A stretch of DNA of 64,000 bases from a virus (Duplodnaviria > Heunggongvirae > Uroviricota > Caudoviricetes), in the IMG/VR virus record IMGVR_UViG_3300029570_000316, one strand, 5' to 3'. Position 1 is the first letter of the stretch. The number at the start of each line of letters is the position of its first letter. A model generated the notes under the pieces. It did no database searches, was not told the DNA's origin, and saw nothing but the letters and a program-made list of their open reading frames with translations. The translations under genes were made by a program, and so were the position numbers. Below, piece after piece: positions 52,649-62,700 of the stretch.

Positions 52649-53080
52649 TCATTTGCATTCACCTCCTTCCTTTGAGAATAAATCATCAATATAGAGCCAC
52701 CCGTCTATAGGCATATTCTCAACAAATCCTTTCCAAGACTTGAATTCTTTGACTTGGGCTAATGAATAATAGTTGCCTACACTATAGTGCAGCAATGTCC
52801 ATTCATCATATCCTTCTGGCTCTTTATTTGTTTGATGCCACAAGTCCTTCAAGAATTCATTGATAGCCCAGCGAGCACCTTCCATGAAACTATCAGAAGC
52901 AGTAGGCTCTTCGTGGTTACTACTGAGCCATCTACTGTGTTGCATTGCTGCTTCTTTTACTTTCTTATCGTCTATCATAACTATTGTTGTATTAAAAATG
53001 TAAATATGAACGTTCAAGAAAACTAAGTAAAACAGCATGTTCTTTATATGCGAAAGAATCTGTTCTTCCCATTCTCTCAA
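52649..53080 (-). CDS. hypothetical protein (weak paralog of 8348..8752)
   Basis: 143 aa; contains MIDDKKVKEAA. Confidence 0.4.
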   Translation of the reverse strand: MREWEEQILSHIKNMLFYLVFLNVHIYIFNTTIVMIDDKKVKEAAMQHSRWLSSNHEEPTASDSFMEGARWAINEFLKDLWHQTNKEPEGYDEWTLLHYSVGNYYSLAQVKEFKSWKGFVENMPIDGWLYIDDLFSKEGGECK

Positions 53081-53121
53081 AGCGTTGCATTTGCCTTTTA
53101 CAATGCTCTATAAGTTCTTTC

Positions 53122-54120
53122 TTAAAAGCTTCGTCCATAACTTACCTCCACATCTTTAGTTGTACCTAACAATGATTCGTTGCCTTCGTAAGGGATGCAG
53201 AACTCCCATCTACCATTAACACATACATAGTCAAGATATTCATCTGTCTTATCTGTATGGCTAAATATATTTGCACGCCATTCCTCAGTTTTTTGATGTC
53301 TAACCAACACATTATCGAATGGTTTCAGCTCTACCTTTGGCTTCAAATCCACAATCTGTTTCTTCTCAGCATCCCAAGCCTTGCCTTCTTTGGCTAGAGC
53401 ATCAAAGAGTTGCTGCTTCTCGGAGTCAGTGGCAAAATTCATTTTGCCCTCAAAAAATGTCCACGCACGAGGCAATGTAGTATAACAATCCATTACACCT
53501 GTATTATTTGTTTGGATTGCATGGAAAGCGTAATAATAGAAAGAACCTTCAGTTTTCAGTCTACTAAAAATGGAAACTATATCACAGTTTTCCTTATGCA
53601 TAGTTACTATATCCCCATCCTTGAACTCAGGCTGAGCCTTCTCAATTTCCAAAGTTTCAAGGTTTAACTTACCGCCACATCTTTTCTCAATATCTCTGAT
53701 ATAACCATAGGCAATATTGTTATCCACCTTGCTATACTTAGCCGTTTCTGTATTTGGCGTGGCATCAAAATAACATCCGTTGAACTTTGTATAGTCATCA
53801 GATGCCCATTCTTTGAAAATGCACATAAATCCACAATCACTGATAAGAACATCGCCCTTCTTCCAAGAGAATTTTTCCCAATCACGCATTGATTTGCTAG
53901 GATAGATGCACAAAACTCCTTCCTTGTACAATTTACCGTCTTTATCGAACCATGGATCTTTATTATGATGCTTAACTTGAAAAGCATCACATGCATCAGT
54001 AACGACATATAACGTAACACTTCCAAACATATCAGTCCAGAGTTTCGTACCTTCTGGCTTATCCTTGAGGATTTCCGCTATATTAATCTCAGTTTCCATA
54101 TCTGACTTTTTTATATTCAT
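53122..54120 (-). CDS. hypothetical protein (paralog of 9013..10044)
   Basis: 332 aa; shares several blocks with the 9.0 kb gene, including a near-identical ~90-nt patch. Confidence 0.55.
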   Translation of the reverse strand: MNIKKSDMETEINIAEILKDKPEGTKLWTDMFGSVTLYVVTDACDAFQVKHHNKDPWFDKDGKLYKEGVLCIYPSKSMRDWEKFSWKKGDVLISDCGFMCIFKEWASDDYTKFNGCYFDATPNTETAKYSKVDNNIAYGYIRDIEKRCGGKLNLETLEIEKAQPEFKDGDIVTMHKENCDIVSIFSRLKTEGSFYYYAFHAIQTNNTGVMDCYTTLPRAWTFFEGKMNFATDSEKQQLFDALAKEGKAWDAEKKQIVDLKPKVELKPFDNVLVRHQKTEEWRANIFSHTDKTDEYLDYVCVNGRWEFCIPYEGNESLLGTTKDVEVSYGRSF

Positions 54121-54360
54121 TTATTCTTCACTAAAATATTTCTTAACAAACGCTCGTTCGGTGAGCCATTTTCCAAACCCCACTCTAAAGTAACGCTTTG
54201 ATTTACCTTTCGCAAACCCATATTCATCACGAGGTGTGTTAACACTTAGGTGTATCTTAGGAACATGGTTCACCGATACGTATGCAGTTATATATTCATC
54301 CGAGAATGCCAAATGCTGAACTTCACGGAACTTTACATTCTTAAAAAACATTTCCTTCAT
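54121..54360 (-). CDS. hypothetical protein
   Basis: 79-aa minus ORF. Confidence 0.4.
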   Translation of the reverse strand: MKEMFFKNVKFREVQHLAFSDEYITAYVSVNHVPKIHLSVNTPRDEYGFAKGKSKRYFRVGFGKWLTERAFVKKYFSEE

Positions 54361-54365
54361 AAGCC

Positions 54366-54794
54366 TTAGTCCTTATAGATTGCATCAAGAATGCTTCTGA
54401 AATTCGGATTATCAATAACGGCTTGGGCATCTTCTTTGTTCTTGAAGTAAATAGCACCTTCGTTATAATTACCACAAGAAGTAATACCATATTCGCTGGT
54501 TCGCATGATATTATGCTTATATTCTTGAGAATTCCAGTCCGGTTTCCAATCTCCATTATAGTACTTAGCTATAGTCATTAACCTAGCTAATGCGATTATC
54601 TTTCCAGCAATCATTTCAGGAACTTTTATATCGGCAGGACAAACACCTTTACCAGCTAAAGCAGATAAAACATCCGCATAGCTGATTTCCTTCTTCTTAA
54701 ATGCTATAATGCCAGCTTTCAAATCACTTTTTTCAACGTCCACTTCCATTCCTTTAGGAATATCTATGACTAACTTATTATCTAGCATTTTCAT
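54366..54794 (-). CDS. hypothetical protein
   Basis: 142-aa minus ORF. Confidence 0.45.
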   Translation of the reverse strand: MKMLDNKLVIDIPKGMEVDVEKSDLKAGIIAFKKKEISYADVLSALAGKGVCPADIKVPEMIAGKIIALARLMTIAKYYNGDWKPDWNSQEYKHNIMRTSEYGITSCGNYNEGAIYFKNKEDAQAVIDNPNFRSILDAIYKD

Positions 54795-55113
54795 TTTTCT
54801 TATGTTTCATTTCCAAAATATATTTTTTATTCACAACCAACTCGAAGAACTTATATTTAGCATGCATGTAGTTGCGACCTAAATCAACTCCACCGACAAA
54901 TTCTTCTCTATACCAAGAGATTGCCGTATATTTTACAATATCATGCTCTTCCGGATGATTCACACGACCATTCCACACATTTGTGCGAACCAGATCGCAA
55001 TACCCATCAGGTAATTTGGCACGTATCATCCTCGTATTCTCCGCATCAATATAGACGTTTTTGTATTCCAAATCTACGCCTAAAATTTCCTGATTAAGCT
55101 TTGCTACATCCAT
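54778..55113 (-). CDS. hypothetical protein
   Basis: 111-aa minus ORF. Confidence 0.4.
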   Translation of the reverse strand: MDVAKLNQEILGVDLEYKNVYIDAENTRMIRAKLPDGYCDLVRTNVWNGRVNHPEEHDIVKYTAISWYREEFVGGVDLGRNYMHAKYKFFELVVNKKYILEMKHKKNENAR

Positions 55114-55693
55114 ATCTTTTCAATCTTAAAACACTACGTTGAAGACCCCTCAGTTTGAACGGATTCTTCTCCAGTATTTTATTCACATCATTTCGTATCT
55201 TGCGGCTTTCCCACTTCTTTGTAAGACGCATAGCCTTTAACAAACGATGGTCTCCGGCTAGCTTTCCTGCATCCATCTTGCCACAATAATAGCCTTGCCT
55301 ATAAGCCCAATATCGGGTTTTATAGACTTCCTTCATTATCTTCTTAGCTTGTCTTATTTTCATGTCAACCTCACTTTCTGCAAAAAAAATTCCATGACAC
55401 CAATCGCTGCTTTCAACATACTTATGTAGTTTAGTACATCTTCCTGCAAGCATACCATTGAAATGTTTACAACGACTGCATTCCTTTGAAGTTCTCAAAA
55501 TTGAACGAAACAAACTAACGTTGGCACTCGGCATATTTACCTTATTCCATCTGATAGTTGCTTTCTGATAGAGATTCTTTAATCTAGGAATGAATCTACT
55601 CTCTTTCTTGAATGTATATTTTGAATCGAAGTAACGTGTGTCCGTTCCTCTCTCCATCATATTCAAGATTTTCTTAGCTTGTCTTATCTTCAT
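55094..55693 (-). CDS. Cys/His-rich protein with internal duplication
   Basis: 199 aa; MKIRQAKKI(L/M) occurs twice (a ~26-nt DNA repeat at about 55336 and about 55666); CSRCKHF...CTKLHK...CH pattern. Confidence 0.45.
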   Translation of the reverse strand: MKIRQAKKILNMMERGTDTRYFDSKYTFKKESRFIPRLKNLYQKATIRWNKVNMPSANVSLFRSILRTSKECSRCKHFNGMLAGRCTKLHKYVESSDWCHGIFFAESEVDMKIRQAKKIMKEVYKTRYWAYRQGYYCGKMDAGKLAGDHRLLKAMRLTKKWESRKIRNDVNKILEKNPFKLRGLQRSVLRLKRYGCSKA

Positions 55694-55696
55694 ATA

Positions 55697-56077
55697 CTAC
55701 TTGTTTTTATAAATATTACATGTCCCCTCATAAATTGTGCTATTTGTATAGATGTCTTTATATTGCGAAATGGAAACCAATCCATTTGCCTTCATTTCCC
55801 TAAGAATGTCATCATACACACTTTCTATTGCTCTTCTCTTCAATTGCTCCATGCCAGATTTGTCACGGCAATAGTATTGCATTTCAAAGTTTGACATTGT
55901 AACTCTTGAATGAAGCTTAATAACTTGTGGCTTTATATATCTAACCTCTATCTTTGGTTTGATACCTAGTTTATCAGCTAACCATTGTTTCCATTTTGGC
56001 TTAACATCCTCTCCATCTAAGCAAGCAAGTAATATATAAATAAGACTAATACTTATATATAAAATTACAATTTCCAT
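55697..56077 (-). CDS. membrane-anchored protein
   Basis: 126 aa; N-terminal TM helix ILYISISLIYILLACL. Confidence 0.4.
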   Translation of the reverse strand: MEIVILYISISLIYILLACLDGEDVKPKWKQWLADKLGIKPKIEVRYIKPQVIKLHSRVTMSNFEMQYYCRDKSGMEQLKRRAIESVYDDILREMKANGLVSISQYKDIYTNSTIYEGTCNIYKNK

Positions 56078-56450
56078 ATGCTACTTATTTTTATCTCCAA
56101 ATAATACGTGTCTTCGATAAGGGATTTCATTTTTTATTTAATTTATGAGCAGTACTATTAGTATGCTCTATATGTTCATTATTACAACAATATGGATAGA
56201 AATATTTATCTGCTCCATACATAAGTTCTTCTATAATATTATCGTCACTATCATTGCACTTAGAATCAATAGTAACTCTAATATTTACTTCGAATATTCT
56301 TTCCATAACTATTCTTCTTTAAGTTCTAACTCTTGCTTGATTAGTTTTAGAAAACTTCTAGCGTGAACTACAAGAACTTTCTTATTTCCTGCGTTCATCA
56401 TTCTAGTATAGTTTTCAATCATATCATCAATAATTGTTAGTGCCGATACT

Positions 56451-56804
56451 TTACTCATATTTTTTCATATTTAAATCTTTAAGTCTATCCTTATAGAAGG
56501 AAGGAACTCTACTAATCTGCCACCAAGAATAGCATTCGTCACTCCAAGGTTCAATCCACACTGGTTCTTTTGTGTCTTTATCTTGGCAGTATACAATTCC
56601 ACGTACTTCATCATTAAGCAAGAAAGCCTCTACATCAAAATCCAAATCGTCTAATGTTGCATAAGTCTTGCAATACTCATTACGTTCCCTAGTGCCTTCC
56701 CTTACGAACAACTCAAAATCATTGAATAAATCTATTTTTAGTATCTCTAAGTTATTGCTTTTAACAACATCTAGAAGAGACTTTTTGACGTTCATTTTGC
56801 TCAT
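56451..56804 (-). CDS. hypothetical protein
   Basis: 117-aa minus ORF. Confidence 0.4.
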   Translation of the reverse strand: MSKMNVKKSLLDVVKSNNLEILKIDLFNDFELFVREGTRERNEYCKTYATLDDLDFDVEAFLLNDEVRGIVYCQDKDTKEPVWIEPWSDECYSWWQISRVPSFYKDRLKDLNMKKYE

Positions 56805-56912
56805 TTCCTATCCCTCTTTTTATAGTCATTGCAATCCATAGGAATATGGTCTGCTAACTCTTGCCAATAACACCTATTATCATAATAACAAGTTTGACAT
56901 TTTTGAATCTTT

Positions 56913-57143
56913 TCATTCATTACTTATTCTTTTAAGTTCGACAGGCTCATCTTTCCAAGACAATTCTTTTCCGATAAGCTTCTTAATGCTTCCTTTAGGA
57001 AGGTAACAGCAACCGGTATTTGCGTACCTCTGCCCATATAAATATACGACAGAGCAAATCCATAATGTATTACTTTCATTTCTGCAAGGTTTTTCTGCAA
57101 AAATATGTTCACAGCCACCTTTATCTACTGCTAACCATGACAT
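56913..57143 (-). CDS. hypothetical protein
   Basis: 76-aa minus ORF. Confidence 0.35.
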   Translation of the reverse strand: MSWLAVDKGGCEHIFAEKPCRNESNTLWICSVVYLYGQRYANTGCCYLPKGSIKKLIGKELSWKDEPVELKRISNE

Positions 57144-57151
57144 AACTAATA

Positions 57152-57493
57152 CTATATTTTTTTAATTAATAAATTACTTTTCTTATCAAATGGTTTATAA
57201 CCACTACGGAGATACCAATCTAGAACAAATCTATCAGATTCATCTTTAACAAATTCCAATCCGATTGTCTTCACTCCATTTAACTTAGCCTGTTGTTCTG
57301 CGAGTTGTAACAGGCGTTGTGCAACACCATTTCTTCTATAAACAACATCAACCCAAAGAGCGTATATTAGAGCATCAGCCTTGCCGAAAATATCACTAAC
57401 ATATAATGGAATAGATATTTGAACAGAGCCATGATTTTCTTCATCAGTTATTAAAATTCTGATTTCATCCTTCCATGTCTGTTTTTGTATCAT
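57152..57493 (-). CDS. GNAT-family N-acetyltransferase
   Basis: 113 aa; VVYRRNGVAQRLL is a motif-A (R-x-x-G-x-A) match. Confidence 0.6.
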   Translation of the reverse strand: MIQKQTWKDEIRILITDEENHGSVQISIPLYVSDIFGKADALIYALWVDVVYRRNGVAQRLLQLAEQQAKLNGVKTIGLEFVKDESDRFVLDWYLRSGYKPFDKKSNLLIKKI

Positions 57494-58086
57494 ATTCTAT
57501 CCTCCAACTCCTTAATTGCCATTTTGTTCTTATAAGGAATCAACCAATTGCGCTTGTCATCATCAAATGAATGCAAACTAATCTGCAATGTGATATTTCC
57601 CTTAATAAACGAGAAGTCGCTTCCCTTGATGCCAATTGTTGATACGTAATGATGAGTATTAGGATATTTCTCCGTAATAATGCGAATAGCCTCCTTGACT
57701 GCATCAATATTGAGGAACGGTTCGCCCATACGAGTATAGTTAATCTTAAACTCCTTGGCCTTACTTGGATCAGCACCAGCCTTACTGATAGCAAACTCAA
57801 CCTGTGCAACAATTTCTTCTGCTGTAAGATTACGATAACGCTTCATGTTACCTGTTGCACAGAACTTACATCTTACTGGGCATCCACTCATTGTTGATAC
57901 GCCAATCATCCAACGTTCTGTACGGTCACCAAGCTCGTTGTTATCGAGCTTATTCTGATGTCTGCCAATAGCGTCCTTTGTATAATAAGGTAAGAACGTG
58001 TCTGTAGTTTCTACCAAAAAACCATCTTCTAGTTGTAAGCAATATACAACTCCATTCTTAAATGTTTTCTTTCTTAATTCTTTCAT
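57490..58086 (-). CDS. radical SAM enzyme (small, subfamily unassigned)
   Basis: 198 aa; CPVRCKFC (CxxxCxxC) cluster plus GEPFL; overlaps the GNAT gene stop. Confidence 0.65.
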   Translation of the reverse strand: MKELRKKTFKNGVVYCLQLEDGFLVETTDTFLPYYTKDAIGRHQNKLDNNELGDRTERWMIGVSTMSGCPVRCKFCATGNMKRYRNLTAEEIVAQVEFAISKAGADPSKAKEFKINYTRMGEPFLNIDAVKEAIRIITEKYPNTHHYVSTIGIKGSDFSFIKGNITLQISLHSFDDDKRNWLIPYKNKMAIKELEDRI

Positions 58087-58644
58087 ATTACTATCTATTT
58101 ATTTATTCTCTTCAATCTTATACAATAATCAATAGCTTTGATTGCTAACCAAATAGCATGCTTCTGCTTATCGTCAATAAGATTATTTCTAATCTCAAAT
58201 AATATTCTCTTTGTTTCTGTAGAATTCATATTATTTCTATTTATGTCTGATGGCGTTAAACATTTAACAATACTCTTTTGAGCTTTATTCGCAAACTCTC
58301 TTTTAATTCTTTAGCTTCACTCCAAGGTGTATATGTTGTAGTATAAAAATTATAACTACGTTCATCTACACAATGTAAGCCTGTTATGAGTAATTCTAAC
58401 TCTTCGTTTGATAATACAACATTTTTATCCATACTGCTATTATTTATGCCAGAAGGCGGTTAAGATTTAACTATATAAAGTTGTTCATAAACAGTAGATT
58501 TCACTACAATAGGTTCAGAACCTAAGTCGTTATCATCTATCTTGATGGCAATTTCCATATCACCCTCTTCATCGTAAACATCTTGAAGCTGTTGAATAAA
58601 TTCACTTATAAGCATTCTATTATATCTTTTATGCCAGATGGCGG

Positions 58645-58977
58645 TTAAACATGTTTGCTAAAATAATGTTCTTTTGTACTTTTTAGATATTCACCACACG
58701 TTTCTTTTGTAAGATATTCCGTATCAGAGTAAGCATTAAACTTGCCTTCTTCCACTTTTCTAAAAAGGAATCTAATATTACCCATATCATCAGAATATCC
58801 TGTGAATTGCAAATGATTTTGCTGTAATGATAACCATTCCAAGTATATTTCGTAGTCTCTTTTAGAGAATTTGAACCAACGTACATTATTCTTGCACCAT
58901 CCAAAGTAACTTGGGTCAATTCTAAGAACCCTTGTAACTGGCATACCTTTATATTTACCAAACGTAATTATATTCAT
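58645..58977 (-). CDS. hypothetical protein
   Basis: 110-aa minus ORF. Confidence 0.4.
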   Translation of the reverse strand: MNIITFGKYKGMPVTRVLRIDPSYFGWCKNNVRWFKFSKRDYEIYLEWLSLQQNHLQFTGYSDDMGNIRFLFRKVEEGKFNAYSDTEYLTKETCGEYLKSTKEHYFSKHV

Positions 58978-58979
58978 AC

Positions 58980-59360
58980 CTACACCTCCATTTCGTGTTT
59001 TAGTCCTAGACCAAAGAGGAGGTGCTGGAGTTCGTGGATATAATGTATCTCCATTATAAAGATTCTGTTAATAGCAACGTAAAAATTTTCGCTAAGCTCT
59101 ATTGTTAAGCGAATATCGTTAACGTTCTTCTCAAAGAATTTCTCATATAATTTCTTCCATCCATTCTTCTCTAGAATATCAGGAGTGAGAGGAATCGGTA
59201 AAATATCTCTGTCTGCAACTAAAGCTGTTTTTGTACTATTAGTTGAAATCAAAGCATAACATATCTTGTTTTGAAGAAAATTTTCTTCAAAATTAACAAT
59301 AGTATAAGTATTGGTTGCAAACTTTACCAAATCTCCTGGAATATATTCTAACTTTTCCAT
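58980..59360 (-). CDS. hypothetical protein
   Basis: 126-aa minus ORF. Confidence 0.4.
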   Translation of the reverse strand: MEKLEYIPGDLVKFATNTYTIVNFEENFLQNKICYALISTNSTKTALVADRDILPIPLTPDILEKNGWKKLYEKFFEKNVNDIRLTIELSENFYVAINRIFIMEIHYIHELQHLLFGLGLKHEMEV

Positions 59361-59365
59361 ACGCT

Positions 59366-59908
59366 CTAATCTTTGCTATTAATGAAATCCTCATACTCAC
59401 CTATCGTGATTTCCACGAAGTCTGGATTTTGCTTCTCAGCTCTAATACTATCATCGAAGTAAACGAAAATGCGTTCTTTGTGACGTAAAAGCTGGGTGAT
59501 GGAGAATCGGCTGACGTACGGAACTTCGATATTCAGTTCCTTCAATATCTTGAAATGATGAGTAAAGGATTTATATGATGTAAGTACTGCTGCTATTGCC
59601 TTACCTTGCTTACTACGCTTGTTAGGCGCAATGCATACATAGTAACCGTCCTCCAATTTTACACCGTCTATCTTCTTCCACACCTTCTTATCTAGCGTAT
59701 CGTAACGCTCAGAAAGAACCCATATAGCAGTAACCTTGTACTCTCTTGAGAGAGTTCTGTTAGGCTGAAAACCTTGCCATTTTTCAAACTCGAAGCCTAC
59801 GGCTTCTTCCACTCTTTTCATGTAGGCTTGATACTCTTTCTCTTCAGCATCGAGAATACCTTTAATGTATTCATAAGCCTTACTTCCCTGTTTTGTTTCG
59901 TATAACAT
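59366..59908 (-). CDS. hypothetical protein
   Basis: 180-aa minus ORF. Confidence 0.45.
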   Translation of the reverse strand: MLYETKQGSKAYEYIKGILDAEEKEYQAYMKRVEEAVGFEFEKWQGFQPNRTLSREYKVTAIWVLSERYDTLDKKVWKKIDGVKLEDGYYVCIAPNKRSKQGKAIAAVLTSYKSFTHHFKILKELNIEVPYVSRFSITQLLRHKERIFVYFDDSIRAEKQNPDFVEITIGEYEDFINSKD

Positions 59909-59914
59909 ATCTCT

Positions 59915-60100
59915 TTACTCCTTAACTTCTTTAAAAATTACATTTTTATGGTCTGAGCGTTCTTTGATGCTACAAGGGTATAGCTGCCATACTTCACAAA
60001 ACTTCTTACTATCAAAGAAGCACCCTTTGCAAGATTCTTTATCAGTCTCAGTAACTTCAAGAGTTACTCTTTCTCCAACTTCAAACTCTTTCATAATCAA
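59915..60100 (-). CDS. hypothetical small protein
   Basis: 61 aa. Confidence 0.3.
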   Translation of the reverse strand: MIMKEFEVGERVTLEVTETDKESCKGCFFDSKKFCEVWQLYPCSIKERSDHKNVIFKEVKE

Positions 60101-60237
60101 AACACTATTCTATAGTCCTTTCCTCTCAAAGTGGGTCTCTTTTTGAGGATGAACTTTGTAAATCTTCAAAATCTATCGGGAAGAGCGCACAATATTTATA
60201 CTTTAATGTGCAGATGAATCTTCCGTTGAGCATAACA

Positions 60238-60480
60238 TCAAACACAAATGTTTTCATTGTTCACCTCCTTCCTTATCATAAAGTAATCTTCTTCAACTTT
60301 ATTATGTAAGTAGTATAAAAGTTTTAACTTTGTGAGTTTTTCTAACTTTCTTACTACATATTTTATAGTATTAGGACTTATATAACCGTCAGTCCAACCT
60401 CTTTTCAAAAGCCATTTAGTACTCTCCTTGTAGAATAACTTCTTGCATTTTCGTTTATTCATTTTCAGTCTCCTTCGCAT
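60238..60480 (-). CDS. hypothetical basic protein
   Basis: 80 aa, K/R-rich. Confidence 0.35.
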   Translation of the reverse strand: MRRRLKMNKRKCKKLFYKESTKWLLKRGWTDGYISPNTIKYVVRKLEKLTKLKLLYYLHNKVEEDYFMIRKEVNNENICV

Positions 60481-60773
60481 AAAGTTTCGTTAACCTCGTC
60501 ATTGTATGTGTGAGTAACCGGATTGTACTCGGAATGGGTCGCATCTACCCTACCTTTCCGGTTAGTGAAATAGATAGCATTTCCATTGTCATAAAACCTG
60601 TACACTGTTATACTATCTACAACAAACAATTTCTCGACCTTGAATTTGTCAACAGAATCCGAGATTTGGACTCTTGTACCCTTACCTTTGCAACCTACCA
60701 AAATGGCAGCAACGGCTATTATCATAATTACCTTTTTCATATCAACTTCTTTTCTTCTTGAAGAATACGTCAT
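60465..60773 (-). CDS. putative lipoprotein
   Basis: 102 aa; MKKVIMIIAVAAILVGCKG signal peptide plus lipobox. Confidence 0.5.
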   Translation of the reverse strand: MTYSSRRKEVDMKKVIMIIAVAAILVGCKGKGTRVQISDSVDKFKVEKLFVVDSITVYRFYDNGNAIYFTNRKGRVDATHSEYNPVTHTYNDEVNETLCEGD

Positions 60774-61045
60774 TCATCGTACCCTAATATACTAAAGAAC
60801 TCATCCATTTTTGAATTTAGATTGTTTGCCATTAACATATATGCCGGAACGGAGCGACCGATATTGCACTCTAACTTCAATGCATGTATCATTACTGAAG
60901 CTTGATGGCTTGAAATCTTAACCCTATCCAATCTGGAAAGTATTTCGCCCTGCGAATCTGCATTACGAAACACTTTCTTGATAAGACTTTCTATGTACTT
61001 ACGCTGCTTGTCCGTCATTGCTCTTATTGTGCTCAAGAGACTCAA
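60770..61045 (-). CDS. hypothetical protein
   Basis: 91-aa minus ORF. Confidence 0.4.
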   Translation of the reverse strand: MSLLSTIRAMTDKQRKYIESLIKKVFRNADSQGEILSRLDRVKISSHQASVMIHALKLECNIGRSVPAYMLMANNLNSKMDEFFSILGYDE

Positions 61046-61259
61046 CCAAAGCCTTCAGACCATTGAAGGTAGCATCCACCAACTCCTTGCTATCGGAAGC
61101 ATCAAAATACCAATTTCCAATAATCTTGCTATTATTTTCGGCAAACATCGTAATACTCGTATGAGTATTTGAAGACGACATCTGGATAGACTCCTTTGTT
61201 CTACCCATGAGGCTGGCAATCTTTGCCAACACCTCTACATAAACATTATTCTTTTCCAC
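60999..61259 (-). CDS. hypothetical protein (GTG start)
   Basis: 86 aa; downstream of repeat cassette copy C. Confidence 0.4.
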   Translation of the reverse strand: MEKNNVYVEVLAKIASLMGRTKESIQMSSSNTHTSITMFAENNSKIIGNWYFDASDSKELVDATFNGLKALVESLEHNKSNDGQAA

Positions 61260-61271
61260 TTTCTTCTTACA

Positions 61272-61380
61272 GTTTTTGTGGTGTGTCTCACCTTTTTAAA
61301 ATTAGTAACCTTGTTTCTTAATTACAATGCAAAGATACAAAGAATATCCGAAATATGCAAACTTTTTAATGTGTTTCTTT
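61272..61380 (-). repeat. repeat cassette C
   Basis: About 90% identical to cassettes A and B; a distal part at 61401..61473 matches 11617..11678. Confidence 0.7.
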
Positions 61381-61433
61381 TATTCTTTAATATATCGTAA
61401 CATATAACACCAATAATTTACTGACGTTAACAC

Positions 61434-61473
61434 AAAAATCCCCACCACTACATTATTATATATAGTGATGGGG
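61434..61473 (-). terminator. terminator hairpin (part of repeat cassette C)
   Basis: Near-identical copy of the 11637..11678 hairpin. Confidence 0.45.
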
Positions 61474-61518
61474 CAAACATTTAAAACAAAATAGCATTAT
61501 GGATTTCTACGATTACTA

Positions 61519-61794
61519 TCAAACTAAATCGTCCACATAAGCCCATTTATAGATGGCGTTTGATTTCGTGAACCTATTCCACCATTCCTCGCCTAAGAAA
61601 TTCAGATGCTTGAAACGCTTGCGAACCTTGGTCAGACCGACAATGCGTCTGTTATACTCAGGCAGCTCTTCAACAGAATGCCAAGCACCTTCTTTTTGAT
61701 ATTTCATTCCCAACTCCAAGGCTTGCTTGGCTACCTGCCTTGCACCTTGACTAAAGTCTATCTTATCAATCAACAATTCTAAGTCCATAATCAA
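61519..61794 (-). CDS. hypothetical protein
   Basis: 91 aa; ends just before the cassette C terminator. Confidence 0.4.
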   Translation of the reverse strand: MIMDLELLIDKIDFSQGARQVAKQALELGMKYQKEGAWHSVEELPEYNRRIVGLTKVRKRFKHLNFLGEEWWNRFTKSNAIYKWAYVDDLV

Positions 61795-62030
61795 ATAACT
61801 TTTATGTTAACTTTGTCTTCAAAAAAAGCTTCTAGCACTTCCTTGGCTTTTGCATCTGCTTCATCCAAGTCTTTGCATTTGACTACTTGAACACCATAAC
61901 CTATAGGGTTACGCAATTCATAAATACCATCAGCCTTTACCAAGCGAAGGAAAATATCTCCACCTTTGAAGCGGTACGAATATCCTCCTGTTGCCTCGTT
62001 CCATTGTCTAACTATGTTCCTCACCGCCAT
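61791..62030 (-). CDS. hypothetical protein
   Basis: 79 aa. Confidence 0.4.
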   Translation of the reverse strand: MAVRNIVRQWNEATGGYSYRFKGGDIFLRLVKADGIYELRNPIGYGVQVVKCKDLDEADAKAKEVLEAFFEDKVNIKVI

Positions 62031-62235
62031 AATATCTTTGCACTTTTAACAATGTAGCACTAGCACCCTCAATGTAGGCTGCGATAATGACATTTCTATA
62101 TAGCTCACTATTTTCCTTATCAATTCCTACCAAGCCTTCTGTTGATTTCAAAGGCTCAATTGTAAATTTATAAGCCTCCTCTACTATCCAGCTAGGAACA
62201 CCATTTGAAATCAAATTCTTACAATACTCATTCAT
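62008..62235 (-). CDS. hypothetical protein
   Basis: 75 aa. Confidence 0.4.
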   Translation of the reverse strand: MNEYCKNLISNGVPSWIVEEAYKFTIEPLKSTEGLVGIDKENSELYRNVIIAAYIEGASATLLKVQRYYGGEEHS

Positions 62236-62700
62236 GATTTTACCTTTTAAAATTAGTGGATGACAAGGGATTTAAACCCTTGTTGGTGTCAACACCTCCC
62301 CAGTGACCTGGTACACGGAATGTTTAATCAGAAAATCCGCTCCAAGTTTGCGAGGGTCGCATTGCTTTCAGTTGCCAATGCCACTCATCCGTTTGTCAGC
62401 GACAGATGCGAATTTGAAGATTGTGCACCATTCCCAACCTTGCCCAAGGGTTTCTGCCGCTGACTAATAGGCATTTGCCAATGGTTGTCGGCAAATTTTA
62501 AGTGTTCACATCTTACGATGCGGTATTAACTATCTCCCTGCCCAAGGGAACAACCATTAGCGATAGGCTATTTGTAGTTATGAAACATTCAAATAAAGCC
62601 GTGCGACTCCTAGTTTATCATCATGCCCCCACGCAAGGCATCACACGGCTTTGGCACGTGGGTATTTGGTAGATTATGGCTTTCCTACCTCGTCTTTCTT
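62236..62700. other. about 460-bp ORF-poor, GC-richer region with multiple stem-loops (candidate structured ncRNA)
   Basis: No ORF longer than 67 aa. Local hairpins include GGGATTTAAACCCTTG, CCCAAGGG...CCCAAGGG repeats and AAGCCGTGCGA...TCACACGGCTTT. Composition differs from the AT-rich flanking intergenic DNA. Confidence 0.3.
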
